64,000 nt of DNA from an uncultured Saprospiraceae bacterium (GTDB lineage: Bacteria > Bacteroidota > Bacteroidia > Chitinophagales > Saprospiraceae): positions 3,529 through 67,528 of the forward strand of contig CALDEM010000026.1 in the NCBI GenBank assembly GCA_937942435.1. The letters run 5' to 3'. Positions 34,901 to 42,607 of this stretch are shown here, piece after piece. Position 1 is the first letter of the stretch. Each line of letters opens with the position of its first letter. Both the position numbers and the translations under genes were made by a program. The notes beneath the pieces are model-generated. The model saw nothing but the letters and a program-made list of their open reading frames with translations. It was not told the DNA's origin and ran no database searches.

Positions 34901-35246
34901 ATATGTGTGGTATAGGTAAGCCATGACGAGCTAATACTAAGCCCAAAACCATCATGTCGATATAAGTCTTATGAGTCATGACAAAGGCCACCGAATGTCG
35001 TCGCATCAGCTTGGCCAACGCCTTCATCTCATTAGGATTGACATCTATTGTTTTGTCATAAGCCCGACCTAATATATACTGAGAAGCTTCAACAACCATG
35101 GCATCAATGAGCGGTGTCTGTGTAGTATATAATTCCTTTATATACTTCTCAGCATCCTCTCTGACCTCATCAATAGAAAGGTGTAGTTGATCTGCGATCT
35201 CGACTAACTTATTCTGAAAGTCATCATCATTGACTATGTGATCCAT
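31968..35246 (-). CDS. Triple-fusion acyltransferase: PlsB-like GPAT, HAD-superfamily phosphatase, and PlsC-like LPAAT
   Basis: N-terminal H-x4-D (THKTYID), FIRR and EGTRSRTGKL (PlsB motifs). Central FFDLDRTL (DxDxT), GEGKS and TDSAEDLP (HAD). C-terminal NHQSNSD (H-x4-D) and APEGTRS (PlsC). Confidence 0.8.
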   Translation of the reverse strand: MDHIVNDDDFQNKLVEIADQLHLSIDEVREDAEKYIKELYTTQTPLIDAMVVEASQYILGRAYDKTIDVNPNEMKALAKLMRRHSVAFVMTHKTYIDMMVLGLVLARHGLPIPHIFAGINMAFLGVGDIGRKAGVIFIRRSFKDNVIYKAALRHFISSRVNEKAHFMWAIEGTRSRTGKLVWPKMGILKYIVEAEKQSKDEVKYVPVSVVYDLIPDVEDMTSEGRGKDKKPENLLWFLNYIRKMGDNFGKISIRFGDPIKMNDERQAQIPDDEDNNPDVKYKLPHFAFELIHGINQVTPVTTASLICTTLLSKFALTKRELERDVVALMHLIENHKPDILVDRGKQIGSSVQQAVNLLKNAELIQQLGEGVKAKYAIVTRNFLSATYYANMAAHHLYRGAFIELALINVRSLPKTERTLKFWEEMMSLRDLFKFEFFFSKKAVFSDEIEQDLDYLNPNWRKILEGSESEVTRLLSDQGVLVAQAVLSIYLEAYQVVGRALQSIDKDVEITKQNLLHACMFLGDELHWQGRIHRIESVSKPLILNGIRLVKNLNLIPTEENDKAEEIEAFIERLRNLSRSIQELQEIIISKNTGAKVIPIEKKLVPGSKTEAMTSMVVEGESGAHIGAFFDLDRTLIKGFSAKQFFQSRLLSGKMSTKEVVAQFSGVMVYAIGNKNFAGLAAISAKGVKGTNEQVFIEVGEEVYYKHLAKEIFPESRALVDAHLAKGHTVAIISAATPYQVNPIARDLGVEHVMCTRMEVKNGKFTGDIIEPACWGEGKSMAAKELAEKHNLDLDKSYFYTDSAEDLPLLEIVGHPRPVNPDNELSSLAYKNNWPVYRFNDEKRPVISNIARTVLAFGSIIPAAMIGALSGASSMSWRDGVNSMIGTVGDIGTKIAGMNVVVKGEEHIWSQRPAVFLFNHQSNSDFLIVAKLLKKDVVAVAKKELEKTPIGPFFKAAGVIFIDRKNKDKAIAAMKPAVDTLKSGTSVAIAPEGTRSHDYNLGSFKKGAFHLAMEAGVPVVPLVIKNAHDIMARGSAMIQPGQVEVVILPPISTEGWTKRNMDKKIEAVRNLYLKELGQEVKKLPAPKSKTKAK

Positions 35247-35423
35247 ATAACTGGTACTTATGGCTTTAAGATAATCAGATGCAATAGATTATACCAGCAA
35301 AGACTCAGGATATTCTGAATAGCAGTAGGCATGCATCAAGTGACTCGTCCGTAATAGACGTGCTGACCTTACAATTTGAACCTTCAAATTAGTAGACTTG
35401 CATTTTTCATTGTGTATGAGTAC

Positions 35424-35437
35424 ATTAGTACACTAAT
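35424..35437. promoter_or_regulatory. Candidate GntR/YtrA operator palindrome
   Basis: ATTAGT-AC-ACTAAT lies 10 nt upstream of the ABC gene start. AGTACA also occurs twice in tandem (GAGTACATTAGTACAC). Confidence 0.4.
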
Positions 35438-35446
35438 TTTCTATAG

Positions 35447-36277
35447 ATGATAGATATCAACGGATTGTCATTTGGGTATAGCCATAGTGGAAATCTCTTC
35501 AAAAGTCTAGACCTCAGCATTGTACCTGGAAAGATCCATGGCCTATTGGGTCTGAATGGTGCAGGAAAATCTTCTCTCCTTCATCTGATCCAAGGATTGC
35601 GATTCGCAAATGAGGGAAGCATCAAAGTGTTTGGCCTCTCTCCTATGCAGAGAGATATAAAGCATTTGCAACAATCTTTTTTATTGCCCGAGGAAGTGTA
35701 TACACCGGACATCGCCTTGAAGCAATACATAGATATGTATAGTCCCTTCTACCCTTTGTTTTCATTAGAGTCATTTTTACAATTTCTCAACGAATTTGAA
35801 TTAGAAGGATCAGCACATCTCGGACAGATGTCGATGGGTCAAAAGAAGAAAGCAATCATTGCATTTGCACTTGCAACTAATACTAAGATTTTGTTGATGG
35901 ATGAGCCGACTAATGGACTCGATATACCCTCTAAAAAACAGTTTAGAAAGATTCTCTCTCACATCATTGCTGATGATCGCACTTTTCTAATATCTACTCA
36001 TCAGATCAGAGACTTACATAGTCTCATAGACAATGTTATAGCCATCAGTGACGGGCGGATCATATTTAATCAGAGTATCAATGAGATTGTAGATAAACTA
36101 CAATTTTCCTTGGACGGCCAGCCCAGTACTGAAGAAGATCTTATCTATCACGAGCGGGTACCTGGAGGATATCTCAACATTAGGCCTTCAACAGGCGTAC
36201 CGTCGTTTGAACCTGACTTAGAAGTTCTTTTTAATGCTATCATGACCAACAACACTGCTATAAACCAAGTATTCTAA
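35447..36277 (+). CDS. ABC transporter ATP-binding protein
   Basis: Walker A GLNGAGKSS, signature MSMGQKKKA, Walker B LLMDEP. Confidence 0.85.
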   Translation: MIDINGLSFGYSHSGNLFKSLDLSIVPGKIHGLLGLNGAGKSSLLHLIQGLRFANEGSIKVFGLSPMQRDIKHLQQSFLLPEEVYTPDIALKQYIDMYSPFYPLFSLESFLQFLNEFELEGSAHLGQMSMGQKKKAIIAFALATNTKILLMDEPTNGLDIPSKKQFRKILSHIIADDRTFLISTHQIRDLHSLIDNVIAISDGRIIFNQSINEIVDKLQFSLDGQPSTEEDLIYHERVPGGYLNIRPSTGVPSFEPDLEVLFNAIMTNNTAINQVF

Positions 36278-36290
36278 CTCTGCCAAGATT

Positions 36291-37130
36291 ATGACCTACA
36301 GTATAAAGCGCGTACAGTTTCTTATAAAAAATGAGATAAAACAAAAATGGAGAATATTCTTGATTGTAATTGCTATATCTTTTGCAATCGCGATGTTTTA
36401 TTATTTCAATAAAGGCTTTAGTATTGCTTCACTCATAAGCTCACCTTCATTCCCTACGTTTGGTAATTCAGGATTTTCTTTATCAGATTCTACTGGATTC
36501 AAATTTCACTTGAACTGGCTCCCACAGGTCATGCTATATGCTGCATCCATACTAACGAGTTTGGCATTCTCAGAATATCATGAAAGAGAAAGTGCCACGT
36601 TCAACTTAGTTACGCCCGCTACGCAGATAGAAAAGTGGTCTGCTAAAGCTTTCTTATTTATAATTATATTCCCTATTCTACTAATCGTTTTCTATCAGGT
36701 CTTTATATGGTTCACTAATATCTGGGGTACTCCTGATGGTATGACGCAAGTGAGCGTCAATATCTTTGACCCTTATTTCTATGGCTTTTATAAAGACACT
36801 ATACTCATGCAGTGCTTGATTTTTGCCGGAGCGATCCTCTACAAAAAATACAGCATCCTAAAAATATTGCTCTCATTGATGGGGCTATATATGCTTTATA
36901 ATTTCTTCACGATCGTGAGCTTGGCTGTTATCAACGATAAGATTGACCTATTTGGAGATGGCAGTGTCTTAGACCTCTTTTCATTAGAAAAAGCCATCAC
37001 GAATAGTAAGTTTCGAATTAATAATGATGAGTCGACGTTCATGGGTATACCATATCAATTATTCATGTATCTAATGGCCTTCATTAGTATTGTATTTAGT
37101 TATCTGAGATTCAAAGAGATAGAAGCTTAA
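36291..37130 (+). CDS. Polytopic membrane protein (probable ABC-2-type permease partner)
   Basis: Multiple hydrophobic helices, positioned between the ABC ATPase and the GntR regulator. Confidence 0.5.
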   Translation: MTYSIKRVQFLIKNEIKQKWRIFLIVIAISFAIAMFYYFNKGFSIASLISSPSFPTFGNSGFSLSDSTGFKFHLNWLPQVMLYAASILTSLAFSEYHERESATFNLVTPATQIEKWSAKAFLFIIIFPILLIVFYQVFIWFTNIWGTPDGMTQVSVNIFDPYFYGFYKDTILMQCLIFAGAILYKKYSILKILLSLMGLYMLYNFFTIVSLAVINDKIDLFGDGSVLDLFSLEKAITNSKFRINNDESTFMGIPYQLFMYLMAFISIVFSYLRFKEIEA

Positions 37131-37132
37131 CC

Positions 37133-37489
37133 ATGAATTTTAGAGCTCCGATACCCATATTTCTTCAGATTGCTGAGCACATCATCCAGCTCATTATATC
37201 TGAAAACTGGAAAGAAGGTGATAGGATACCATCTGTCAGAGACTTTGCCGCAGATGTAGAAGTCAACCCCAATACTGTCGTACGCACATACAACCTACTT
37301 AGTCAAGAAGGTATCATCAGTAATAAAAGAGGTGTAGGATATTTTCTAAATAAGAATGCCAAAAAACTATCAACGGTATATCTTAAAAAACAATTTGTAA
37401 ACAAAGAGCTGCCGTATCTTATCAAAATGATGAAGACACTGGATATTAATTTTGAAGACCTTAAAAAGAAATACAATGAGAAAATATAA
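37133..37489 (+). CDS. GntR family (YtrA-like) transcriptional regulator
   Basis: 118 aa. The winged helix (IPSVRDFAADVEVNPNTVVRTYNLLSQEGIISNKRGVGYFL) and the short effector part are typical of the YtrA subfamily. Confidence 0.85.
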   Translation: MNFRAPIPIFLQIAEHIIQLIISENWKEGDRIPSVRDFAADVEVNPNTVVRTYNLLSQEGIISNKRGVGYFLNKNAKKLSTVYLKKQFVNKELPYLIKMMKTLDINFEDLKKKYNEKI

Positions 37490-38444
37490 GCCTAGTCACA
37501 TACTCATTGCACTTATATCTTGCTTAGCATTGATCATGACTGTGTCATATGCATTTACGCTAAGTGATCAACTAAGAGAGCCTCGCCCATTTCAAGGCAA
37601 CAAGTGGCTTCTTGGTTCAGGCCCTTACTTTAAGGATACGCTCGTGGAGCCTTTTCATCATCTGGCATCAGATTTTACACTTTTAGAACTGGAACCAAGG
37701 CTAGAAAACATTGTGATTGTAGAGGGTTATGAAAACTCGAAAAAATACTTAGACCTAACTATACGAAATGATACGTTATACGTAAGTCTCACCAAGCCAG
37801 ATTCTGACACAACACTTGTAGCCGCCAATGGCGACTATCCCATCTTGGTATCTGTTGGCTCAAGTCAATTAGAATCTATAAAGATGCATGGTCCTGGAAG
37901 AATAGATATCCCTGCAAAACCATATGGCTCTAATCCTGATGGAGAACAAGTGTACAAACCTGAAGATTGGGAACGCTTTGTAACAAGAACTAACAAACTT
38001 GATCTATATCTAATCAATGGAGGGAGTGCAGAACTATTCGTCGAAGTTGATACACTTAACATCATTAGTAAAAATTGGGCTAAGGCATCCAATTACTCAA
38101 CTTCAGTATCCTCATTTAATGGTATCACGAACACTACTATCTCAGGCGCTACAAGCCAAACATATATCAAGGGTAAGGTAAAAAAAGTGAAGTTGCTTGA
38201 TCCATTAGGAGGAGTCAATATCAATGGAACCAATCTCTATACAGATACCCTCATTGTAAAGTCTAGCAACAAAGCAGATAGCGAAGACTTCGGCTCCATC
38301 ATCGCTAACTGCAATGATTACCTAGAAGCAGATCTCAGATACTTGCTCGATGTAAAATATCTGGGTGAACCCAAAGTTGTAAAAAAAGAACGCGACTACG
38401 GACGGGTCATCAACTTTAATACGGCTTTTACAACTAAAATATAG
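37476..38444 (+). CDS. Membrane-anchored/secreted hypothetical protein
   Basis: N-terminal hydrophobic helix ILIALISCLALIMTV. Start is taken at ATG 37476, overlapping the GntR stop. Confidence 0.45.
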   Translation: MRKYKPSHILIALISCLALIMTVSYAFTLSDQLREPRPFQGNKWLLGSGPYFKDTLVEPFHHLASDFTLLELEPRLENIVIVEGYENSKKYLDLTIRNDTLYVSLTKPDSDTTLVAANGDYPILVSVGSSQLESIKMHGPGRIDIPAKPYGSNPDGEQVYKPEDWERFVTRTNKLDLYLINGGSAELFVEVDTLNIISKNWAKASNYSTSVSSFNGITNTTISGATSQTYIKGKVKKVKLLDPLGGVNINGTNLYTDTLIVKSSNKADSEDFGSIIANCNDYLEADLRYLLDVKYLGEPKVVKKERDYGRVINFNTAFTTKI

Positions 38445-38449
38445 AGTGA

Positions 38450-39442
38450 TCAACCCTTACGCCGAAGTTGAGCATAATCTTTAGCAAAATAACTGATGAG
38501 CACATCCGCTCCTGCTCTTTTGATAGACAACAAAGTCTCTGGCATGATCTGATTATAATCTAACCATCCTTTCTGGCTAGCCGCAAGGACCATCGCGCAC
38601 TCACCGCTGACATGATAAGCAGCTATCGGGAGATTATAATTGTCTTTTAAAAGATGGATTATATCAAGATAGTGTAATGCTGGCTTAACCATTAAAAAAT
38701 CAGCTCCTTCAACCATATCAAGTTCTGCTTCGCGCAGCGCCTCTGTTTTGTTGGCGGGGTCCATCTGATATGTCTTTTTATCCTTAGGCACATCACTACG
38801 ATCGACAGGTGCACTATCAAGCGCATCTCTAAATGGTCCGTATAAGGCACTTGCATATTTGGCAGTGTAGGACATGATACTTGTATCAGCAAAGCCTTCT
38901 TCATCTAGTGCTTCGCGGATAGCACCTATCCTACCATCCATCATATCAGAGGGCCCGAGAATATCAAAGCCAGCTTCAGCTTGAAGCACTGACATCTGTT
39001 GGAGTAAGGCTACAGAAGCATCATTGTCAACTCTTCCATCTACTACGATACCATCATGGCCATCACTGCTGTAAGGGTCGAGCGCGACATCGCTAATCAA
39101 AGTGATATGTGGATGTGCTTTTTTAATCTCTCTCGCCACCTTTAGGTAGTAATTGTCTCGATTAGTGCCATAGCTGCCTAATCCATCTTTAAGCGCATCA
39201 TCAACCTTTGGAAAGACCATAAAGGACTTCAGCCCTAGGTCTACACAAGCACCTATCTCCTTTATGAGGGTGTCTAGTGACCAGCGAAAATTTCCCGGAA
39301 GGGAAGCTATCTCATCCTTAACCCCCTTACCTTCTTGCACAAACAGTGGATATACAAGGTCGTCAACAGTCACTTTAGTCTCTCTAATCAAACCTCTGAT
39401 TGCTGCACTCTTTCGATTGCGTCTGGGTCGCTCTAACATCAT
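38450..39442 (-). CDS. hemB: Porphobilinogen synthase (delta-aminolevulinate dehydratase), Asp-rich (non-zinc) metal-site type
   Basis: RPRRNR N-terminus, DVALDPYSSDGHDG in place of the Cys-rich zinc site, and MVKPA containing the active-site Lys. Confidence 0.9.
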   Translation of the reverse strand: MMLERPRRNRKSAAIRGLIRETKVTVDDLVYPLFVQEGKGVKDEIASLPGNFRWSLDTLIKEIGACVDLGLKSFMVFPKVDDALKDGLGSYGTNRDNYYLKVAREIKKAHPHITLISDVALDPYSSDGHDGIVVDGRVDNDASVALLQQMSVLQAEAGFDILGPSDMMDGRIGAIREALDEEGFADTSIMSYTAKYASALYGPFRDALDSAPVDRSDVPKDKKTYQMDPANKTEALREAELDMVEGADFLMVKPALHYLDIIHLLKDNYNLPIAAYHVSGECAMVLAASQKGWLDYNQIMPETLLSIKRAGADVLISYFAKDYAQLRRKG

Positions 39443-39458
39443 ATATATCTACTTAAAT

Positions 39459-39731
39459 TCAAGTTATCTTTGATCGAGAAGATTTCTTCTTTGGATTGAG
39501 AGGCACTGGGTCATCGCCCCATCCACCCCAAGGGCCACAACTCGCCAAGCGCTTTGTACCCAACCATAGACCTCTAAATGGGCCCCACTCCAAGAGTGCG
39601 CCTATCATATAATGAGAACATGATGGTTCATACCTGCACCTCATACCAAATACGCCACTCAGTATAGGTGACAAAAGCCACTGGTAAATCTTAATCGGTA
39701 AGATGAGCACGTATGATAGCAGTCTGAGCAT
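39459..39731 (-). CDS. yidD: Membrane protein insertion efficiency factor YidD
   Basis: IKIYQWLLSPIL...CRYEPSCSHY motif. Confidence 0.85.
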   Translation of the reverse strand: MLRLLSYVLILPIKIYQWLLSPILSGVFGMRCRYEPSCSHYMIGALLEWGPFRGLWLGTKRLASCGPWGGWGDDPVPLNPKKKSSRSKIT

Positions 39732-39734
39732 CTT

Positions 39735-40250
39735 TTACAAATTGAGCGTTCCGGCAAATTCCTTTCGGTCAAATAGGAAAAAAGACTTGCGATGCTTATC
39801 CATCGTTAGCTTGACTACATTCTGCTGGTCATCAAAAGAAGCCATCAGGATATCATTAGTTACTGCTATGGACTCCTTAGGGTCGACATTGTCGATCTGA
39901 AGGTAAGACCATACAGCGGCTAGGTCTTCTGAAACCTCCTTACCTACCCATGTGAGTTGTGCTGGTTTGCCATCTACTTCGATCACTAAGTGCTCTTGTA
40001 TGTATCCGAAGATGAGCGACTCCGCATGAGGAGCTTCTGATTGGGTACATATCTTTAGACTGTCATGTCCTTGTTCTTTCAAGGTCATCTCCAGATCGTC
40101 GATAAAAATACTAATCGAGATCTGTAGTGTTGACTCCTCTTTACTATAGTCTATATCACATTTGCTCAGGTGAAACTCATGGTATGCTTCGCGACTCACG
40201 TCCTCCTGTCCTACCAAAGTCATTAAAACCATGAAAAGCGTATAAATCAT
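39735..40250 (-). CDS. Hypothetical protein (signal-anchored; possibly the DUF6702 family)
   Basis: N-terminal hydrophobic segment, then HEFHLSKCDIDY. The family assignment is from memory only. Confidence 0.4.
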   Translation of the reverse strand: MIYTLFMVLMTLVGQEDVSREAYHEFHLSKCDIDYSKEESTLQISISIFIDDLEMTLKEQGHDSLKICTQSEAPHAESLIFGYIQEHLVIEVDGKPAQLTWVGKEVSEDLAAVWSYLQIDNVDPKESIAVTNDILMASFDDQQNVVKLTMDKHRKSFFLFDRKEFAGTLNL

Positions 40251-40486
40251 GATTCAAAGCTAATACTATAGTGTGAGACTTGCTTTTTTAAGTGTTTACC
40301 CATGAAAATAAGCGGCTTACGTACCTCCGATAAAAATTTTGGTTGACCAAATATTCACTTTACGAAAAAATTCTTTATTGTTGTGAGAACATTGATTGGC
40401 AGACAAGCGATGTTTTAAAGCGTAGAGAAGTGCACTTTAATAAAGAAAAAATTTTTAAGAGTTATTTTTTGGTTGATGCAGTGAAA

Positions 40487-40522
40487 GGAAGTCGGTTCGT
40501 CTGAATCGACTTCTCTTTTTTT
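40487..40522 (+). terminator. Orphan plus-strand intrinsic terminator (no annotated upstream plus-strand gene)
   Basis: GAAGTCG-N12-CGACTTC followed by TCTTTTTTTAT. Confidence 0.6.
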
Positions 40523-40538
40523 ATCAACTACTGATCAC

Positions 40539-40590
40539 AAAAAAAATAAGCAGGGCTGATAGATAACTATCAGCCCTGCTTATTTTTTTT
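40539..40590. terminator. Bidirectional intrinsic terminator (serves the sigma-factor gene on the minus strand)
   Basis: A perfect 16-bp stem (ATAAGCAGGGCTGATA / TATCAGCCCTGCTTAT) is flanked by A8 on one side and T8 on the other. Confidence 0.85.
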
Positions 40591-40619
40591 AACTCGAAAA
40601 ACTTATGTTCCAGTCAGTC

Positions 40620-41213
40620 TTATGACTGCAACTTTATGTGGTGCTCTTCAACTAACTTACGTATGTTGATTAGTGCATATCTCATACGTCCTAGAGCAGT
40701 ATTGATACTTACGCGAGTTAGCGCTGCAATCTCCTTAAAGCTCATATCTGCATAGTGACGCAGTATAACAACTTCTCTCTGCTCCGGTGGTAACAAGTCA
40801 ACCAGTTCTCTAACCTTACCGTAAGTCTGATTTTTAATCATACTCGTCTCCATATTATCATCTTTGACCTCTAAGACATCAAATATGTCAAATGTCTCCG
40901 ACGGAGAAACCTTAGTACGTCTCTTTGATCTACGGAAGTAATCTACACAGAGGTTATAGGAGATTCTCATCGCCCACTGTAAGAACTTGCCTTCGTGATT
41001 ATATTTCCCTTTTCTAAGGGTATCAATTATCTTAATAAATACCTCTTGAAAGATATCTTCAGCCAAGTCGTGATCCTTGACGAATAAGTAAATTGAAGTA
41101 TAAATCTTGTTCTTGTGACGGGTAAGTAGAACTTCGAAGGCTTTTTGGTTGCCTTCTAAATAAAGAATAATAAGTTCTTTGTCACCTAATGCTTTAATCG
41201 CTTTTACGTTCAT
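40620..41213 (-). CDS. RNA polymerase sigma-70 family factor (ECF-like)
   Basis: Region 2 (EDIFQEVFIKI, FLQWAMRISYNLCVDYFRR) and region 4 (LPPEQREVVILRHYADMSFKEIAALTRVSINTALGRMRYA). Start is taken at ATG 41213, not TTG 41237. Confidence 0.85.
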   Translation of the reverse strand: MNVKAIKALGDKELIILYLEGNQKAFEVLLTRHKNKIYTSIYLFVKDHDLAEDIFQEVFIKIIDTLRKGKYNHEGKFLQWAMRISYNLCVDYFRRSKRRTKVSPSETFDIFDVLEVKDDNMETSMIKNQTYGKVRELVDLLPPEQREVVILRHYADMSFKEIAALTRVSINTALGRMRYALINIRKLVEEHHIKLQS

Positions 41214-41498
41214 AACTCTAATCAGTTTGTGATCCAAAGTGGGTTTTAAAATCAGTCTATCAGTTAGAGTAAATGTTGTAGCGTATAGGCGTTCTTATTT
41301 ATTACGAAGGTATGATAAAAAATTCATATTAGTAAAACACCAAATATGTTTTTTCTAATACACGTCAAAGTAAAGCTTGTTTTTCTTACAAATCAACCCC
41401 TACGGCAAAAAAAGTTATTTAAAGTTTTTTTGATGGCTCTTAATAAGCAAGATGTCCAAACACTCACAAAGCCAAGGACTAACCTATGTCAACAGCTC

Positions 41499-42287
41499 CT
41501 AATATGTCTCTGGGACTAACTGTTGCGCCAACTTCTGAACTTCATCTTGAAGCTCCTTGACCCTACTCATCACGCCCTCAGCAAACGAGTTATCACCGGC
41601 ATCACTAAAGGATAAAGCTGCCACAAACTCCCAGATCTCCTGTACTTCCTGTAGATGCATGGTAAACGGCTTATACTTAGGATTGTCAGAATGACAATGT
41701 AAAATCCCCTGGGCCTTATCATCTCGATAGACGCGCTTAAAGACGATACCCTCATCTCGAGAAAGCAGGATATATCGCTTACCTTTTTGGATATCCCTAC
41801 TGGATGTAATCAAACGCCCGATCACGTAGCTGCCATCACCATAAGGAGGCATAGAGTCCCCCTCTATGGGAAATGCTCTACACTTACCATGTAACTCTTG
41901 AAATGGTAAGGCCATCTGATCTAAGGATTCTATAAAGCCAGGATCGCTATACTGGCCCATATATCCAGCTTGAGCTGTATGTGGTACGACCTCGATCATA
42001 TTATCACCATTCTTATCTACTTGGATAGGCATGATCAAGCCCGCAGACTTGTCATCCTTCATCAACTCTGCCAGACGGGTCTTCTCAAGATCTACTGTCA
42101 ATAACGTATCAACGGATATACCGAAGTAGCGTGAGATTTTAACAGTCAAGTCAAGCGAAGGGTCATTAACACCACCTTCATACTTGGCCAGACATGCTCT
42201 GCTGATATACAATTTGTTAGCTAAGACCTGCTGAGATAGGCGCTGTTCCTTTCTAAGGACCTTAAGATTATGGGGTAATTGGATCAT
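41499..42287 (-). CDS. XRE-family HTH plus S24 peptidase (LexA/CI-like) repressor
   Basis: N-terminal HTH (LSQQVLANKLYISRACLAKYEGG). C-terminal S24-like region with GDSM (Ser nucleophile) and VFKRV (Lys). Confidence 0.75.
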   Translation of the reverse strand: MIQLPHNLKVLRKEQRLSQQVLANKLYISRACLAKYEGGVNDPSLDLTVKISRYFGISVDTLLTVDLEKTRLAELMKDDKSAGLIMPIQVDKNGDNMIEVVPHTAQAGYMGQYSDPGFIESLDQMALPFQELHGKCRAFPIEGDSMPPYGDGSYVIGRLITSSRDIQKGKRYILLSRDEGIVFKRVYRDDKAQGILHCHSDNPKYKPFTMHLQEVQEIWEFVAALSFSDAGDNSFAEGVMSRVKELQDEVQKLAQQLVPETY

Positions 42288-42294
42288 TGTTCGG

Positions 42295-42331
42295 ATTTGT
42301 CACACAAATAAATTGTCTTTTTGTGACAAAT
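42295..42331. promoter_or_regulatory. Candidate operator of the XRE-S24 repressor (perfect 10-bp inverted repeat)
   Basis: ATTTGTCACA-N17-TGTGACAAAT begins 8 nt upstream of the repressor ATG. A third half-site-like AATTGTC lies in the spacer. Confidence 0.55.
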
Positions 42332-42607
42332 GCTACCATATTTGAAAATAATTGTTGTGATCAATTGGAACAACGACCTGAGAAAACCTAAACCAACTGA
42401 TCGATCTTACTCTCCATCCATTAGAACATATCTACTTATAAAGATAAGTAGGTTCAACCCTCGCCCTACTATCACAGGTTAATTAGGAAGGCGAGGGTTG
42501 ACGGAGAGAGCGTCTAGTAAAAACCCTGAGTTAACAATTCAGCGTTTGTACTCATAGATTAATGTTCAGTCCGATTGATATTTATACTAAACCAAAACCC
42601 AAGTATT

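Noticed and set aside
42448-42470. tRNA-like GGTTCAACCC string (possible tRNA 3' fragment or integration att site)
   Set aside because: No T-stem complementarity, no acceptor stem and no CCA context. No integrase or phage genes are nearby. It is better explained as the 5' arm of a 12-bp hairpin.
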